DNA from: Anaerolineae bacterium | GTDB taxonomy: Bacteria; Chloroflexota; Anaerolineae; Aggregatilineales; J027 | Assembly (NCBI GenBank): GCA_034437075.1 | Contig: DAOTVD010000126.1 | Span: 1 to 58,067, forward strand | Length of the DNA: 58,067 bases | Direction of reading: 5' to 3' | Notes under the pieces: generated by a model | Told to the model about the DNA's origin: nothing | The model's database searches: none | Seen by the model: only the letters and a program-made list of their open reading frames with translations | Translations under genes and position numbers: made by a program | Shown here: piece by piece, positions 20,551-30,280 of the stretch | How the letters are laid out: each line of letters opens with the position of its first letter | Position numbering within the stretch: position 1 is the stretch's first letter

Positions 20551-20579
20551 TTGGCGCTATGCCTTTCGGCCTGCATAAT
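20551..20579 (+). promoter_or_regulatory. Possible sigma70-type promoter for the 20610 operon
   Basis: TTGGCG-17 nt-CATAAT, 30 nt before the ATG, with GGAG in between. Confidence 0.4.
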
Positions 20580-20609
20580 TGAGGGTAGATACGCGACAGG
20601 AGATGAGAT

Positions 20610-21617
20610 ATGTCGTATTTTAGAACGCTCAAAGACCCGACCCTCTACCACGGACACGGCAAAGACGGCGATTTCTTCGAGGGCTGGTACTTTAAGCTGG
20701 TCAACGCGGACGGCTCGCGCCGCTATGCGATTATCCCCGGCGTGTTCAAGCACGGCGACCCGCACGCTTTTATCCAGGTTATGGACGGCCTAACCGGCGA
20801 CGCGACCTATCACCGCTACCCGGTAGACGCCTTCAGCGCGTCCGAAACCGCGTTCGACGTGCGCATCGCGGATAATCACTTCCGCGCGGATTGCCTGATT
20901 CTAGACATTGATGACGAACAGCGCACCGTCAGCGGCGAAGTGCGCTTCGAGAACCGCGTGCCCTATCCCTGGACATGGACAAGCCCCGGCATCATGGGGC
21001 CGTTTGGCTATCTGCCTTTTCTGGAATGCAACCATGGCGTAGTGAGCATCGACCATACATTGACAGGCACGCTGACCGTCGATGGCGAGACGGCGCAATT
21101 CTACGGCGGGCGCGGCTACGCCGAAAAAGATTGGGGCAGCGGCTTCCCCAGCGGGTATATCTGGCTGCAAACCAACCATTTCAGCAGCACGCCCACAGGG
21201 TTGATGGTCTCCATCGCCATGATTCCGCGCCTGGGGCGGCCCTTTCGCGGGTTTCTCTCTGCGTTTTACCACGAGGGCCAACTCTACCGCTTCGCGACGT
21301 ATACGGGCGCGCGCATCCGCAACTTGCACCTGAGCGACACGCATGTGCGCTGGCATCTCATCGGGCGCACGGGGGGCGCGAGCTATCGCCTAGAAATCGA
21401 CGCCGAACGCGCCAGCGGCGGCATCCTGAAAGCGCCATACGATGGGCAGATGGTCGAGCGCGTAGCCGAAAGCCTGACCGCCGAGGTCGATGTGCGCCTG
21501 GTGCGGCAAGAACGCGCGCGCGAGGTCGTCGTCTTTGCGGATCGTGGGCAGTATGCCGGGCTGGAAGTCGTCGGCGATTTAAGCCCCCTGTTGGATAGCA
21601 ACGCGACATCCGCATGA
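20610..21617 (+). CDS. Tocopherol cyclase family protein
   Basis: FFEGWYFK, PGIMGPF...ECNHGVVS, GYAEKDWGSGFPSGYIWLQTN family motifs. Confidence 0.85.
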   Translation: MSYFRTLKDPTLYHGHGKDGDFFEGWYFKLVNADGSRRYAIIPGVFKHGDPHAFIQVMDGLTGDATYHRYPVDAFSASETAFDVRIADNHFRADCLILDIDDEQRTVSGEVRFENRVPYPWTWTSPGIMGPFGYLPFLECNHGVVSIDHTLTGTLTVDGETAQFYGGRGYAEKDWGSGFPSGYIWLQTNHFSSTPTGLMVSIAMIPRLGRPFRGFLSAFYHEGQLYRFATYTGARIRNLHLSDTHVRWHLIGRTGGASYRLEIDAERASGGILKAPYDGQMVERVAESLTAEVDVRLVRQERAREVVVFADRGQYAGLEVVGDLSPLLDSNATSA

Positions 21618-22249
21618 CCGACGGGCGCTATTCTGACAATTGGCAGCGCCTGGCGGATGATTTTTTCACCCGTTTGCCAGCCGTGCCCGCCGACTTGCGC
21701 GCGGAGGTCGATCTGCTGCGGCATTATAACGATGAACGCCAGGCGCTGGCGGTCACCATTCAGGAAATCCGCGCCGAACTCGCGCGCCAACGCGCCGCCA
21801 AAATCGCGGTCAAAAAGCGCGTGGATGCTATCGCGGCGCGGCAAAACTTCGAGGCGTATCTGGAACAACAATTGGCCGAATTGCGCCGCCATAACGCCAA
21901 AATGGCCCGCCTAAAACGCGAGATCGACCGCGTAACCGATAAGATCATCCGCGAGCTACGCCAGCGCGACGCCCAAGCCGAACGCGAGCGCCGCGCCCGC
22001 GAAAAGTTCGCGCAGATGGAACAGCGCCGCCAACAAGCGCGCGACCTAGCCGCCTGGGAGGCGTTCAAAGCCGGGTTGCTGGGCGAGCCTGCGCCCGAAC
22101 CGGACGCCACAGCCGCCGAGCAACACGCCGAAGCCGAGCGCCTGCGCCAAGAGTACGAACGCATCAAAGCCCAAAAACCGCCCAACGAGGCCGAAAACCT
22201 AGCCGCCTGGCAGGACTTTGTGAACAGTTTATCCGATGACGACCCCTAA
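21614..22249 (+). CDS. Hypothetical coiled-coil protein
   Basis: 211 aa rich in A/R/E/Q helices; ATGA coupling to the upstream gene. Confidence 0.7.
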   Translation: MTDGRYSDNWQRLADDFFTRLPAVPADLRAEVDLLRHYNDERQALAVTIQEIRAELARQRAAKIAVKKRVDAIAARQNFEAYLEQQLAELRRHNAKMARLKREIDRVTDKIIRELRQRDAQAERERRAREKFAQMEQRRQQARDLAAWEAFKAGLLGEPAPEPDATAAEQHAEAERLRQEYERIKAQKPPNEAENLAAWQDFVNSLSDDDP

Positions 22250-22266
22250 ATAAACCGGAGGAAGCT

Positions 22267-22713
22267 ATGGCCACATTCGCCGAATTTGCAGGCCAAGCGC
22301 CCGAACTCGCAGCCAAGTTACGCGCGCGTCTGGCCGAAAAACCGCTCGCCTACCTGGCGACCGTCCGCGAGGATGGGGCCCCGCGCGTGCATCCTGTAAC
22401 GCCCATCCTCAGCGCTAACGCGCTGTTTGTCTTTATGGAGCCAACATCGCCCAAAGGGCACGATTTACGCCGCGATGGCCGCTACGCGCTGCATTCAGCC
22501 GTCGATGATAATGACGGCGGCGGCGGCGAATACCTCATCGAAGGCCGCGCGACCGCCGTGGACGACCCCGCGATCCGCGACGAAGCCGCCACCGCAAGCC
22601 CCTATTCGCCCGCCGAGCGTTATATCCTCTTTACGTTCGCGATTGAGCGCGTGCTGTTCACGCATTATCCCAACGGCCAACCCCAACGCGAACGCTGGAA
22701 AGCCGCCCCATGA
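22267..22713 (+). CDS. Pyridoxamine 5'-phosphate oxidase-like split-barrel flavin/F420-binding protein
   Basis: LAYLATVREDGAPRVHPV and KGHDLRRDGRYAL; GGAGG RBS. Confidence 0.85.
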   Translation: MATFAEFAGQAPELAAKLRARLAEKPLAYLATVREDGAPRVHPVTPILSANALFVFMEPTSPKGHDLRRDGRYALHSAVDDNDGGGGEYLIEGRATAVDDPAIRDEAATASPYSPAERYILFTFAIERVLFTHYPNGQPQRERWKAAP

Positions 22714-23858
22714 CCGACATCGCCACACAGTTTCAGCGCATTTTCGGCACTGCGCCAGCATGGATCGCTCGCGCGCCGGGGCGGGCCAACCTCATCGGCG
22801 GCCACACGGATTACAACCAAGGCTATGCCCTGCCCATGGCCATCGACCGCGCGATCTGGTTGGCAGGATGCGGGCGCCTGGATGACCGCATCAACGTGCA
22901 TAGCCTGGATTTTGCCGCCGCCACGACCTTCGCGACAACTGATTATCACAACACCGCGATTCCGCATTGGGCGCGTTATATCGCGGGGGCGTGGTGGCTG
23001 CTCGCCGAACTAGGCGTCGATCCTCTGCCGGGTGCCGATCTGGTTATCGGCGGAAATTTGCCGCGTGGCGCGGGCATGTCCTCCTCGGCGGCGATGGGCG
23101 TGGGTGCGGTGGAAATGGCGCTAACCCTGGCGAGTATCATCACGACACAAAGCGAAAAAGCCCGCCTGGCCGTTCGCATTGAAAACGAGTTTATGGGCGT
23201 GCCCACCGGAAACCTGGATCAGATGGCCAGCGCATGCGCACAGCCTGGCGGCCCCATGTTGCTCGATTGCCGCACATTGGATATGAGGCCCGTCCCCTTG
23301 CCGGATGCCGCGCGCGTGTGGGTCGTGGATTCGAAAAAACCGCGCGAACTCGCCGCGAGTGGCTACGCCGAACGCCGCGCCACTTGCGAAGCCGTCGCCG
23401 CGCGCCTGGGCGTGCGCGCCCTGCGGGATGTCTCACTCGTGATGTTGGAAGATGCCCGCCCGCAGTTAACCCCAGTGGCGTACAAACGCGCGCGACATAT
23501 CGTCACGGAGAATGCGCGCGTACTGGCCATGTGCGATGCATTAGAAAACGGCGCTTTAACGGTGGCAGGCGCGTTGCTGAACACGGCCCACGCCAGCCTG
23601 CGCGACGATTACGAGATTTCCATCCCCGAAATTGACTTTTTGTGCGCACGCATCGCCGCCCATCCGGCGGGCTACGGCGCGCGGATCATGGGCGGCGGCT
23701 TTGGCGGGTCGGTGGTCGCGCTGGTGGCTGCCGCCGGGGCGGATGACCTGGCGCGGGATGTGCTGGCCGCGTATGAAGGGCACTATGGCCTGCGCGCAGA
23801 AGGCTTCGTCTGCACGCCAGCGGCGGGTAGCGCCTGCACGGTCTATCGCGGCGCTTAA
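22710..23858 (+). CDS. galK: Galactokinase (GHMP family)
   Basis: APGRANLIGGHTDYNQG, GAGMSSSAA, GNLDQ and GARIMGGGFGG. Confidence 0.92.
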   Translation: MTDIATQFQRIFGTAPAWIARAPGRANLIGGHTDYNQGYALPMAIDRAIWLAGCGRLDDRINVHSLDFAAATTFATTDYHNTAIPHWARYIAGAWWLLAELGVDPLPGADLVIGGNLPRGAGMSSSAAMGVGAVEMALTLASIITTQSEKARLAVRIENEFMGVPTGNLDQMASACAQPGGPMLLDCRTLDMRPVPLPDAARVWVVDSKKPRELAASGYAERRATCEAVAARLGVRALRDVSLVMLEDARPQLTPVAYKRARHIVTENARVLAMCDALENGALTVAGALLNTAHASLRDDYEISIPEIDFLCARIAAHPAGYGARIMGGGFGGSVVALVAAAGADDLARDVLAAYEGHYGLRAEGFVCTPAAGSACTVYRGA

Positions 23859-25459
23859 TCGTTGAGCCAGGCTTCATCCTGCAAGGCGGCTTCGTCCCAG
23901 GTGGGCAGCGTGCGCGGTTGGGCCTCTTTGCGCAGGACGGCGCGCAGCGCGTCGGCGTCGTCCCAGGGATGCTCGATGCGGCCAAAGCACATGCTTTGTT
24001 CATGCCCCTTGCCGCACACGATGACCACATCCCCGGCGCGGGCCATGTGGGCGGCTTGCGCGATGGCCCGCGCGCGATCTGGCACGCGATAGAAGTCGCG
24101 GCCTTCTGCGGCCCCTTTGGCGACCATCCCCGCTTTCATCTCGCGCAAGATGCCGAACAGCGATTCGGTGCGCGGGTCTTCGGCGGTCAGGATTGTGAAA
24201 TCGGCCAGTTCGGCGGCGATTTCGGCCATCAGGCGGCGCTTTTCGCGGTCACGCAGGCCCGCGCTCCCGAAGACGGTAATCACGCGGCCCTCGGCGTTTA
24301 TCATCGCGCGCGCGGCGGCCAGGGCATTTTTCAGCGCGTTGGGCGTATGTGCGAAATCGACTATCGCCAGAAAATCTTGCCCTTCGTCAATCGGCTCCAT
24401 GCGGCCTTTGAGTTGCGGTAGCGTGCTCAGCGCCACGGGGATAGCATCCAGCATACGCTGCTGGTTGATCGGTTGTGGCATGGCGCTAATGGCGGCGATT
24501 GTTCCGGCTAGGATATTTTGCACGTTGAACGGCCCGACCAAAGGCGTGCTGATGGCCAAATCGCCCGCGTTGCCGCGCAGCATGAAGCTGGTGCCATTGG
24601 CGCGATAGTGCACGCGATCCGCGAAAAAGTCTGCATTTTGCTGGTGCATACTATACAGCATCAGGTAATTGGCGCCGCGCGCGGCTTCGGCGAAGTCCGG
24701 CCCGTGAGGGTCGTCTGCGTTAATCACGGCGATGGTCGGCTGGTCGCCGCGCGGGGGATGGTCGGCCATCAGGCGAAAGAGTTTGCATTTAGCCGCCAGG
24801 TAATTCTCGAACGTGCCATGATAATCCAAGTGTTCGTGGGTGATGTTGGTCATCACGGCGACATCGACATCCACGCCATTGACGCGGCCCTGCGCCAGGC
24901 CGTGTGAGGTCGCCTCTAGGATGCAATGCGTCAGGCCCGCGTCCACCATGCGGCGCAAATAGGCATGGACTTCATGCGCGGGGGGCGTGGTGACGTGCAA
25001 GCCGGTTTCTAGTTCTTCATCCCCGATGATGGCCTTGATGGTGCTAATCATCCCCACGCGCACGCCTGCGGTCTTCAGGATGTGGTACGCGATGCTGGAT
25101 GTCGTCGTTTTGCCGTCCGTGCCCGTCACGCCCACAATGACCAATTTTTGCGAGGGCTGGCCGTAATACGCCGAGGAGAGATAGCCCAACGCGGCGCCCG
25201 CGTCATGTACATACACATACGCCACCGGGAGCGCTAAATGGGGCAGTTCGCCCACCACAGCGACGGCCCCGGCCTGGATCGCCGCGTCGATATACGCATG
25301 GCCGTCGAAGCTATCGCCCCGCCGCGCGACGAACACGCCCCCCGGCGCCACCGTGCGCGAGTCTTCGGTGGGGGGAGCGCTGATAGTCGGGTTATCAGCC
25401 GGCGGTGGAAAGCCAAAGGGTAACGCGCTCAGTAAATCGGCCAGGGTGATGTTGCTCAT
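23855..25459 (-). CDS. murE: UDP-MurNAc-tripeptide synthetase MurE
   Basis: GVTGTDGKTTT, EATSHGL, TNITHEHLDYH, DFAHTPNAL, FGSAGLRD and GKGHEQ. Confidence 0.97.
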   Translation of the reverse strand: MSNITLADLLSALPFGFPPPADNPTISAPPTEDSRTVAPGGVFVARRGDSFDGHAYIDAAIQAGAVAVVGELPHLALPVAYVYVHDAGAALGYLSSAYYGQPSQKLVIVGVTGTDGKTTTSSIAYHILKTAGVRVGMISTIKAIIGDEELETGLHVTTPPAHEVHAYLRRMVDAGLTHCILEATSHGLAQGRVNGVDVDVAVMTNITHEHLDYHGTFENYLAAKCKLFRLMADHPPRGDQPTIAVINADDPHGPDFAEAARGANYLMLYSMHQQNADFFADRVHYRANGTSFMLRGNAGDLAISTPLVGPFNVQNILAGTIAAISAMPQPINQQRMLDAIPVALSTLPQLKGRMEPIDEGQDFLAIVDFAHTPNALKNALAAARAMINAEGRVITVFGSAGLRDREKRRLMAEIAAELADFTILTAEDPRTESLFGILREMKAGMVAKGAAEGRDFYRVPDRARAIAQAAHMARAGDVVIVCGKGHEQSMCFGRIEHPWDDADALRAVLRKEAQPRTLPTWDEAALQDEAWLND

Positions 25460-25604
25460 GGGGGTTTCTCCATCATCGCGAGATGCATTTGCTTAACCCC
25501 GCCATTTTAGCAAGCCCGGCGAACCGTTCCCATACACGGCCCTGGGATTTAGCGGGCGAAGTGCTACACTAAATGCACTCAAGACGACACAGGAGCAATC
25601 ATTT

Positions 25605-27011
<1,407 letters not shown>

Positions 27012-27042
27012 TGTCCGTTCAGCAACACAGGGAGATTATGCT

Positions 27043-27312
27043 ATGAAACGCTTTATCTTGCGCCTTTTGATTATCGCCATCGCGAGCTTGGCATTGGCCG
27101 CCTGCGTCGAATCCACACCGAGCGATATATCCGGCTGTATTGTGGAAGAAGGCGAAAACCCCGAAGACGCCTACAGCGAAGAATTCGGCTGCGAGAACGA
27201 CACCGTGCTGTATGTCTACGCCCATGGCGCCGACCATAGCGACGAGGATGCCGAACACAGCGAAGACGAAAATGCCGAAGATGCTGAATCTGATGCCGAA
27301 GCGGACGAGTAA
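27043..27312 (+). CDS. Small, very acidic putative lipoprotein
   Basis: MKRFILRLLIIAIASLALAAC signal with LAAC lipobox; GGAG RBS; D/E-rich mature part. Confidence 0.8.
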   Translation: MKRFILRLLIIAIASLALAACVESTPSDISGCIVEEGENPEDAYSEEFGCENDTVLYVYAHGADHSDEDAEHSEDENAEDAESDAEADE

Positions 27313-27373
27313 GGCTTTTCCAAGTATTTAACTATGCCGCTTGCTTTTGTCGAAAAGGATACCGGCTTGATTT

Positions 27374-27467
27374 TACCCCCCTCTAGCTCCCCCCGAATTC
27401 GGGGGGAGAACTTACTCGTGCGCATAATAGCCCCTCCCTGAATTCGGGGAGGGGCTGGGGAGGGGTA
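27374..27467. repeat. Inverted pair of GC-rich palindromic REP-like elements
   Basis: Perfect 22-bp palindrome CTCCCCCCGAATTCGGGGGGAG (27387-27408) and a related near-palindrome AGCCCCTCCCTGAATTCGGGGAGGGGCT (27429-27456) in the opposite orientation. Confidence 0.75.
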
Positions 27468-27564
27468 ATTATTTTTCTGGAAAAGCCTAACCGTTCCGTT
27501 TGAGCCTGGCGCTGGGGTCGCTTCGGCCCCGGCGCGCACCCATCCTCACCTGACCTATGGCTTA

Positions 27565-27593
27565 TTGTGCGCATACACCGATTAAGTTATACT
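27565..27593 (+). promoter_or_regulatory. Possible sigma70-type promoter for the roadblock gene
   Basis: TTGTGC-17 nt-TATACT, 30 nt before the ATG. Confidence 0.45.
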
Positions 27594-27623
27594 GACAGCA
27601 GGAGATAACCTTGAGAGATTGCG

Positions 27624-28037
27624 ATGCCGCAACAATATCGTAGCGAACAACTCGAACGCACGCTGAAAAGCTTGCACCTAGCTGTACCCGGCATAAAAGC
27701 ATCCGTCGTCGTCAACATCGAAGGGCTTTTAGTCGCCGCTTACCCCCCCACCGACGAAGACAACCCGCACGAAAACCCCACCAGTAGCCCACAAGTTGCC
27801 GCCATGTCGGCCACGCTTATCGGCCTGGCCGAAACAACGCTTAAACGCCTGGATCAGGGCGAACTCAAGCGCTTGCTTATTGATGCGGATGAAGGCACGA
27901 TGATTATCTATCCTGCCTCACGCGCATCGTTGGCGGTGTTGGTGGAACACGGCACCAAATTGGGCAAAGTGCTCTATGCTGTCTCGCAAGTGCGCGAAGA
28001 GGTCATGAATATTTTGCGCATCAAAGAAGATCATTAA
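27624..28037 (+). CDS. Roadblock/LC7 (MglB-like) domain protein
   Basis: GIKASVVVNIEGLLVAA...VAAMSATLIGLAETTLKRLDQGELKRLLIDADEG. Confidence 0.9.
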   Translation: MPQQYRSEQLERTLKSLHLAVPGIKASVVVNIEGLLVAAYPPTDEDNPHENPTSSPQVAAMSATLIGLAETTLKRLDQGELKRLLIDADEGTMIIYPASRASLAVLVEHGTKLGKVLYAVSQVREEVMNILRIKEDH

Positions 28038-28636
28038 CTGTCGTCGGCGGACGACTCGTCGGCTGCGATGGCCGCCTCGTTCACGCAGAACCCCACGCGC
28101 ATTCCCAATTGCCCAAACCGAATACGGTCGCCATCGCGGATCAAATAGGGCCGATGCGAGATCAAGCGATCCCCATTGATGAATGTGCCATTACTGCTGC
28201 CCAAATCCCATAGATACAATTGCGGGCCTTTGTCGGTTTTTTCCACGCGCATTTCGCAGTGTTTGCGGCTGACGCCCATGCGATACCCCGCCAGGGTCGT
28301 CAGGTCAACATCCGGCAACGAGCCTGTGGCCCCATCACGCCGCCCAAACAAGATATAGTCTTTCACCGGCACCAGGATAGGCCGGGTGCCTTCGCCCACA
28401 TCCAATTGCAGGATCGCGTTATCGGGCAAGACTTCGGCGCCTTTTTCGCCGAGGGGCCGTAAATCTTCCAGGCGAATCTTCTCTTGGTCTTGCGCGCTAT
28501 CATCGAGCTTGCGCGTTCCGCCCGACACCGCCTGGGCGCTCGCCGCCCCGGTACTCCCAATCAGGCTGGTGCCGCAGTTCTCGCAAAAAACCACCCCCGG
28601 GCGATTGGAATAACCACAGTTCGGACATATTTGCAT
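28034..28636 (-). CDS. Zinc-ribbon plus FHA domain protein
   Basis: CPNCG...FCENCG; FHA motifs GRRD, GVSRKH and DLGSSNGTFING. Confidence 0.92.
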   Translation of the reverse strand: MQICPNCGYSNRPGVVFCENCGTSLIGSTGAASAQAVSGGTRKLDDSAQDQEKIRLEDLRPLGEKGAEVLPDNAILQLDVGEGTRPILVPVKDYILFGRRDGATGSLPDVDLTTLAGYRMGVSRKHCEMRVEKTDKGPQLYLWDLGSSNGTFINGDRLISHRPYLIRDGDRIRFGQLGMRVGFCVNEAAIAADESSADDS

Positions 28637-28860
28637 ATAGAAACCTTTCGACGTGTTGCGGTGCGACAGTCGTCACCCCATGTTCTCGTGTTGAGCCCAT
28701 TATAAGACGCACGCTCATTCATCACCATAGGCTGCGGTGTAGCATATCATTTTGTGAAGATTGTACACCAAACAAAAGCGCGTGCGATATTATTCCGTAT
28801 AGCACGAGCTTAACATGGGGTTGCCGGAAAGAAAATACCGCCTCGGTCATGGGCGGGGGC

Positions 28861-29814
28861 TTAATCGTCGTCTAAATTGATGTCCCCCACATCCGTACGA
28901 ATGCGCAACGACGCGATTGTTTCGCGGCCTTCGCCATACACGCCCTGAAGCGACGAATCCACGACATCGCCGCCGGTTTGCTGGTCGCGCAAATCCAAAT
29001 CGCTATTGATGTCGCCAACGTTGGTCGCCGCGTCGATGCGCACCCGGCTATTATTGCTGAGTGTCACATCTACTTCACCCACATCCACGGCTATTTCGTG
29101 CTCGCCGCCATTCGCGATTTCACCTTCAAAGGTCAGGTCACCCACATTCATTTGCAGGTCGATACGATCGGCAGCCAGGATTTCACGCACGCTCAAATCA
29201 CCGACATTATTATCGGCAGTGACGTTCAGGGGCACATCATCCGGCACGGAAATTCGCAAGTCTACGTGGCTTTCGTTCAGAATATTGATATTATCGCCTA
29301 AGCCGGAGGTTTCAATGATGTAGCGGTTGCCCTCGCGGCGCACGTCCACTTCAATCTCAGCCAGATTGTCACGCGCGTCACTTTCGGATAGGCCCGAGGC
29401 TTGGCGATCAATTTCCACCTGGATGTCGTCTACATCCGCGCCTTGGATGCGCACATCGCCCACCTCATTGCGCACTTCCAGATTAATGTCGTCTTCGTCT
29501 TCGATCTCTAGGCGTTCGGTGCTGCGTTCGCTCACGGTGTTGCCGTCTACAATGGCAGCCACCGCCCCGAAGCCGCCCAAAAATACGATGGGCAACACGC
29601 AACACACCAGCAACACGGCCACCAACCCCACGCCGCAACCGATCAGCACGGGGTTAAAGCGCCGCCCACCGGAATTATTCTGGCGCGTGGGTGTGCCAAC
29701 CGGGGGCTGGGGCACGTAATTCGAGCCTGATGAGGCGCGTTCATTCGGCACCGAGACATCCGGCAGTTCGTTTTCAGGGGTTGGGTTTTGTTGTTGGGGG
29801 TTTTGATCACTCAT
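28861..29814 (-). CDS. Membrane-anchored DUF4097-like beta-strand repeat protein
   Basis: One Cys-containing TM segment, then repeated N/D-VGD-[VLI] units (RNEVGDVRI, DNNVGDLSV, MNVGDLTF, TNVGDINS). Confidence 0.75.
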   Translation of the reverse strand: MSDQNPQQQNPTPENELPDVSVPNERASSGSNYVPQPPVGTPTRQNNSGGRRFNPVLIGCGVGLVAVLLVCCVLPIVFLGGFGAVAAIVDGNTVSERSTERLEIEDEDDINLEVRNEVGDVRIQGADVDDIQVEIDRQASGLSESDARDNLAEIEVDVRREGNRYIIETSGLGDNINILNESHVDLRISVPDDVPLNVTADNNVGDLSVREILAADRIDLQMNVGDLTFEGEIANGGEHEIAVDVGEVDVTLSNNSRVRIDAATNVGDINSDLDLRDQQTGGDVVDSSLQGVYGEGRETIASLRIRTDVGDINLDDD

Positions 29815-29955
29815 GGTTGATCCTTTTATATTCGCTCGTATATGCTATATCACTATACGGCAAAAGCGCCAAGCTGTTGCGGGGTAAGCGGCACAAATGG
29901 GCCATCCGGCGAGGAGAGCATTCCCCTTTCGGCTTAGAATAACCATCCGCCAGGC

Positions 29956-29984
29956 TTGACGCCCTCCCGGCTTTTGGTTACCAT
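29956..29984 (+). promoter_or_regulatory. Sigma70-type promoter of the T-box/trp-aro operon
   Basis: TTGACG-17 nt-TACCAT just upstream of the T-box leader. Confidence 0.6.
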
Positions 29985-30002
29985 TCTCGCTGTTCGTTGC
30001 TA

Positions 30003-30255
30003 ACAACTATGAACCGGATGGGTCAGCTATCCCTCGCGGACAGAGAGCCGCCCCGCGCTGAAACGGCGGCACGCTGATATAGCCTGACTGTGGGCCGGGG
30101 AGTTGCACGGGTGAACCGCATCCGTAGCCCGTGCCGGGATCGTCGCCGTTACCCGACGCCAGAGTGAGATTTGCCCTGGGGGCGAATCTAAGCCAGGTGG
30201 CACCGCGAGAACACACCCTCTCTCGCCCTGGCACGCCGGGGGGTGACCCAACCAA
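30003..30255 (+). ncRNA. T-box riboswitch leader, Trp (UGG) specifier
   Basis: Stem I with a GA motif (TATGAACCGG / CCGGGGAGTT), AGAGAG and GCTGAA loop motifs, and specifier TGG at 30091-30093. CCGTTA box is present, then T-box AAGCCAGGTGGCACCGCG (30190-30207) and antiterminator CCAGG/CCTGG with GCGAGA/TCTCGC. Lies upstream of trpE. Confidence 0.9.
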
Positions 30256-30280
30256 CGGACTCTGCATAAAGGTGCTGCCC

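Noticed and set aside
30131-30280. 50-aa N-terminal extension of TrpE, or a leader peptide
   Set aside because: It overlaps the T-box and antiterminator and has no Trp codons. The RBS supports ATG 30281.
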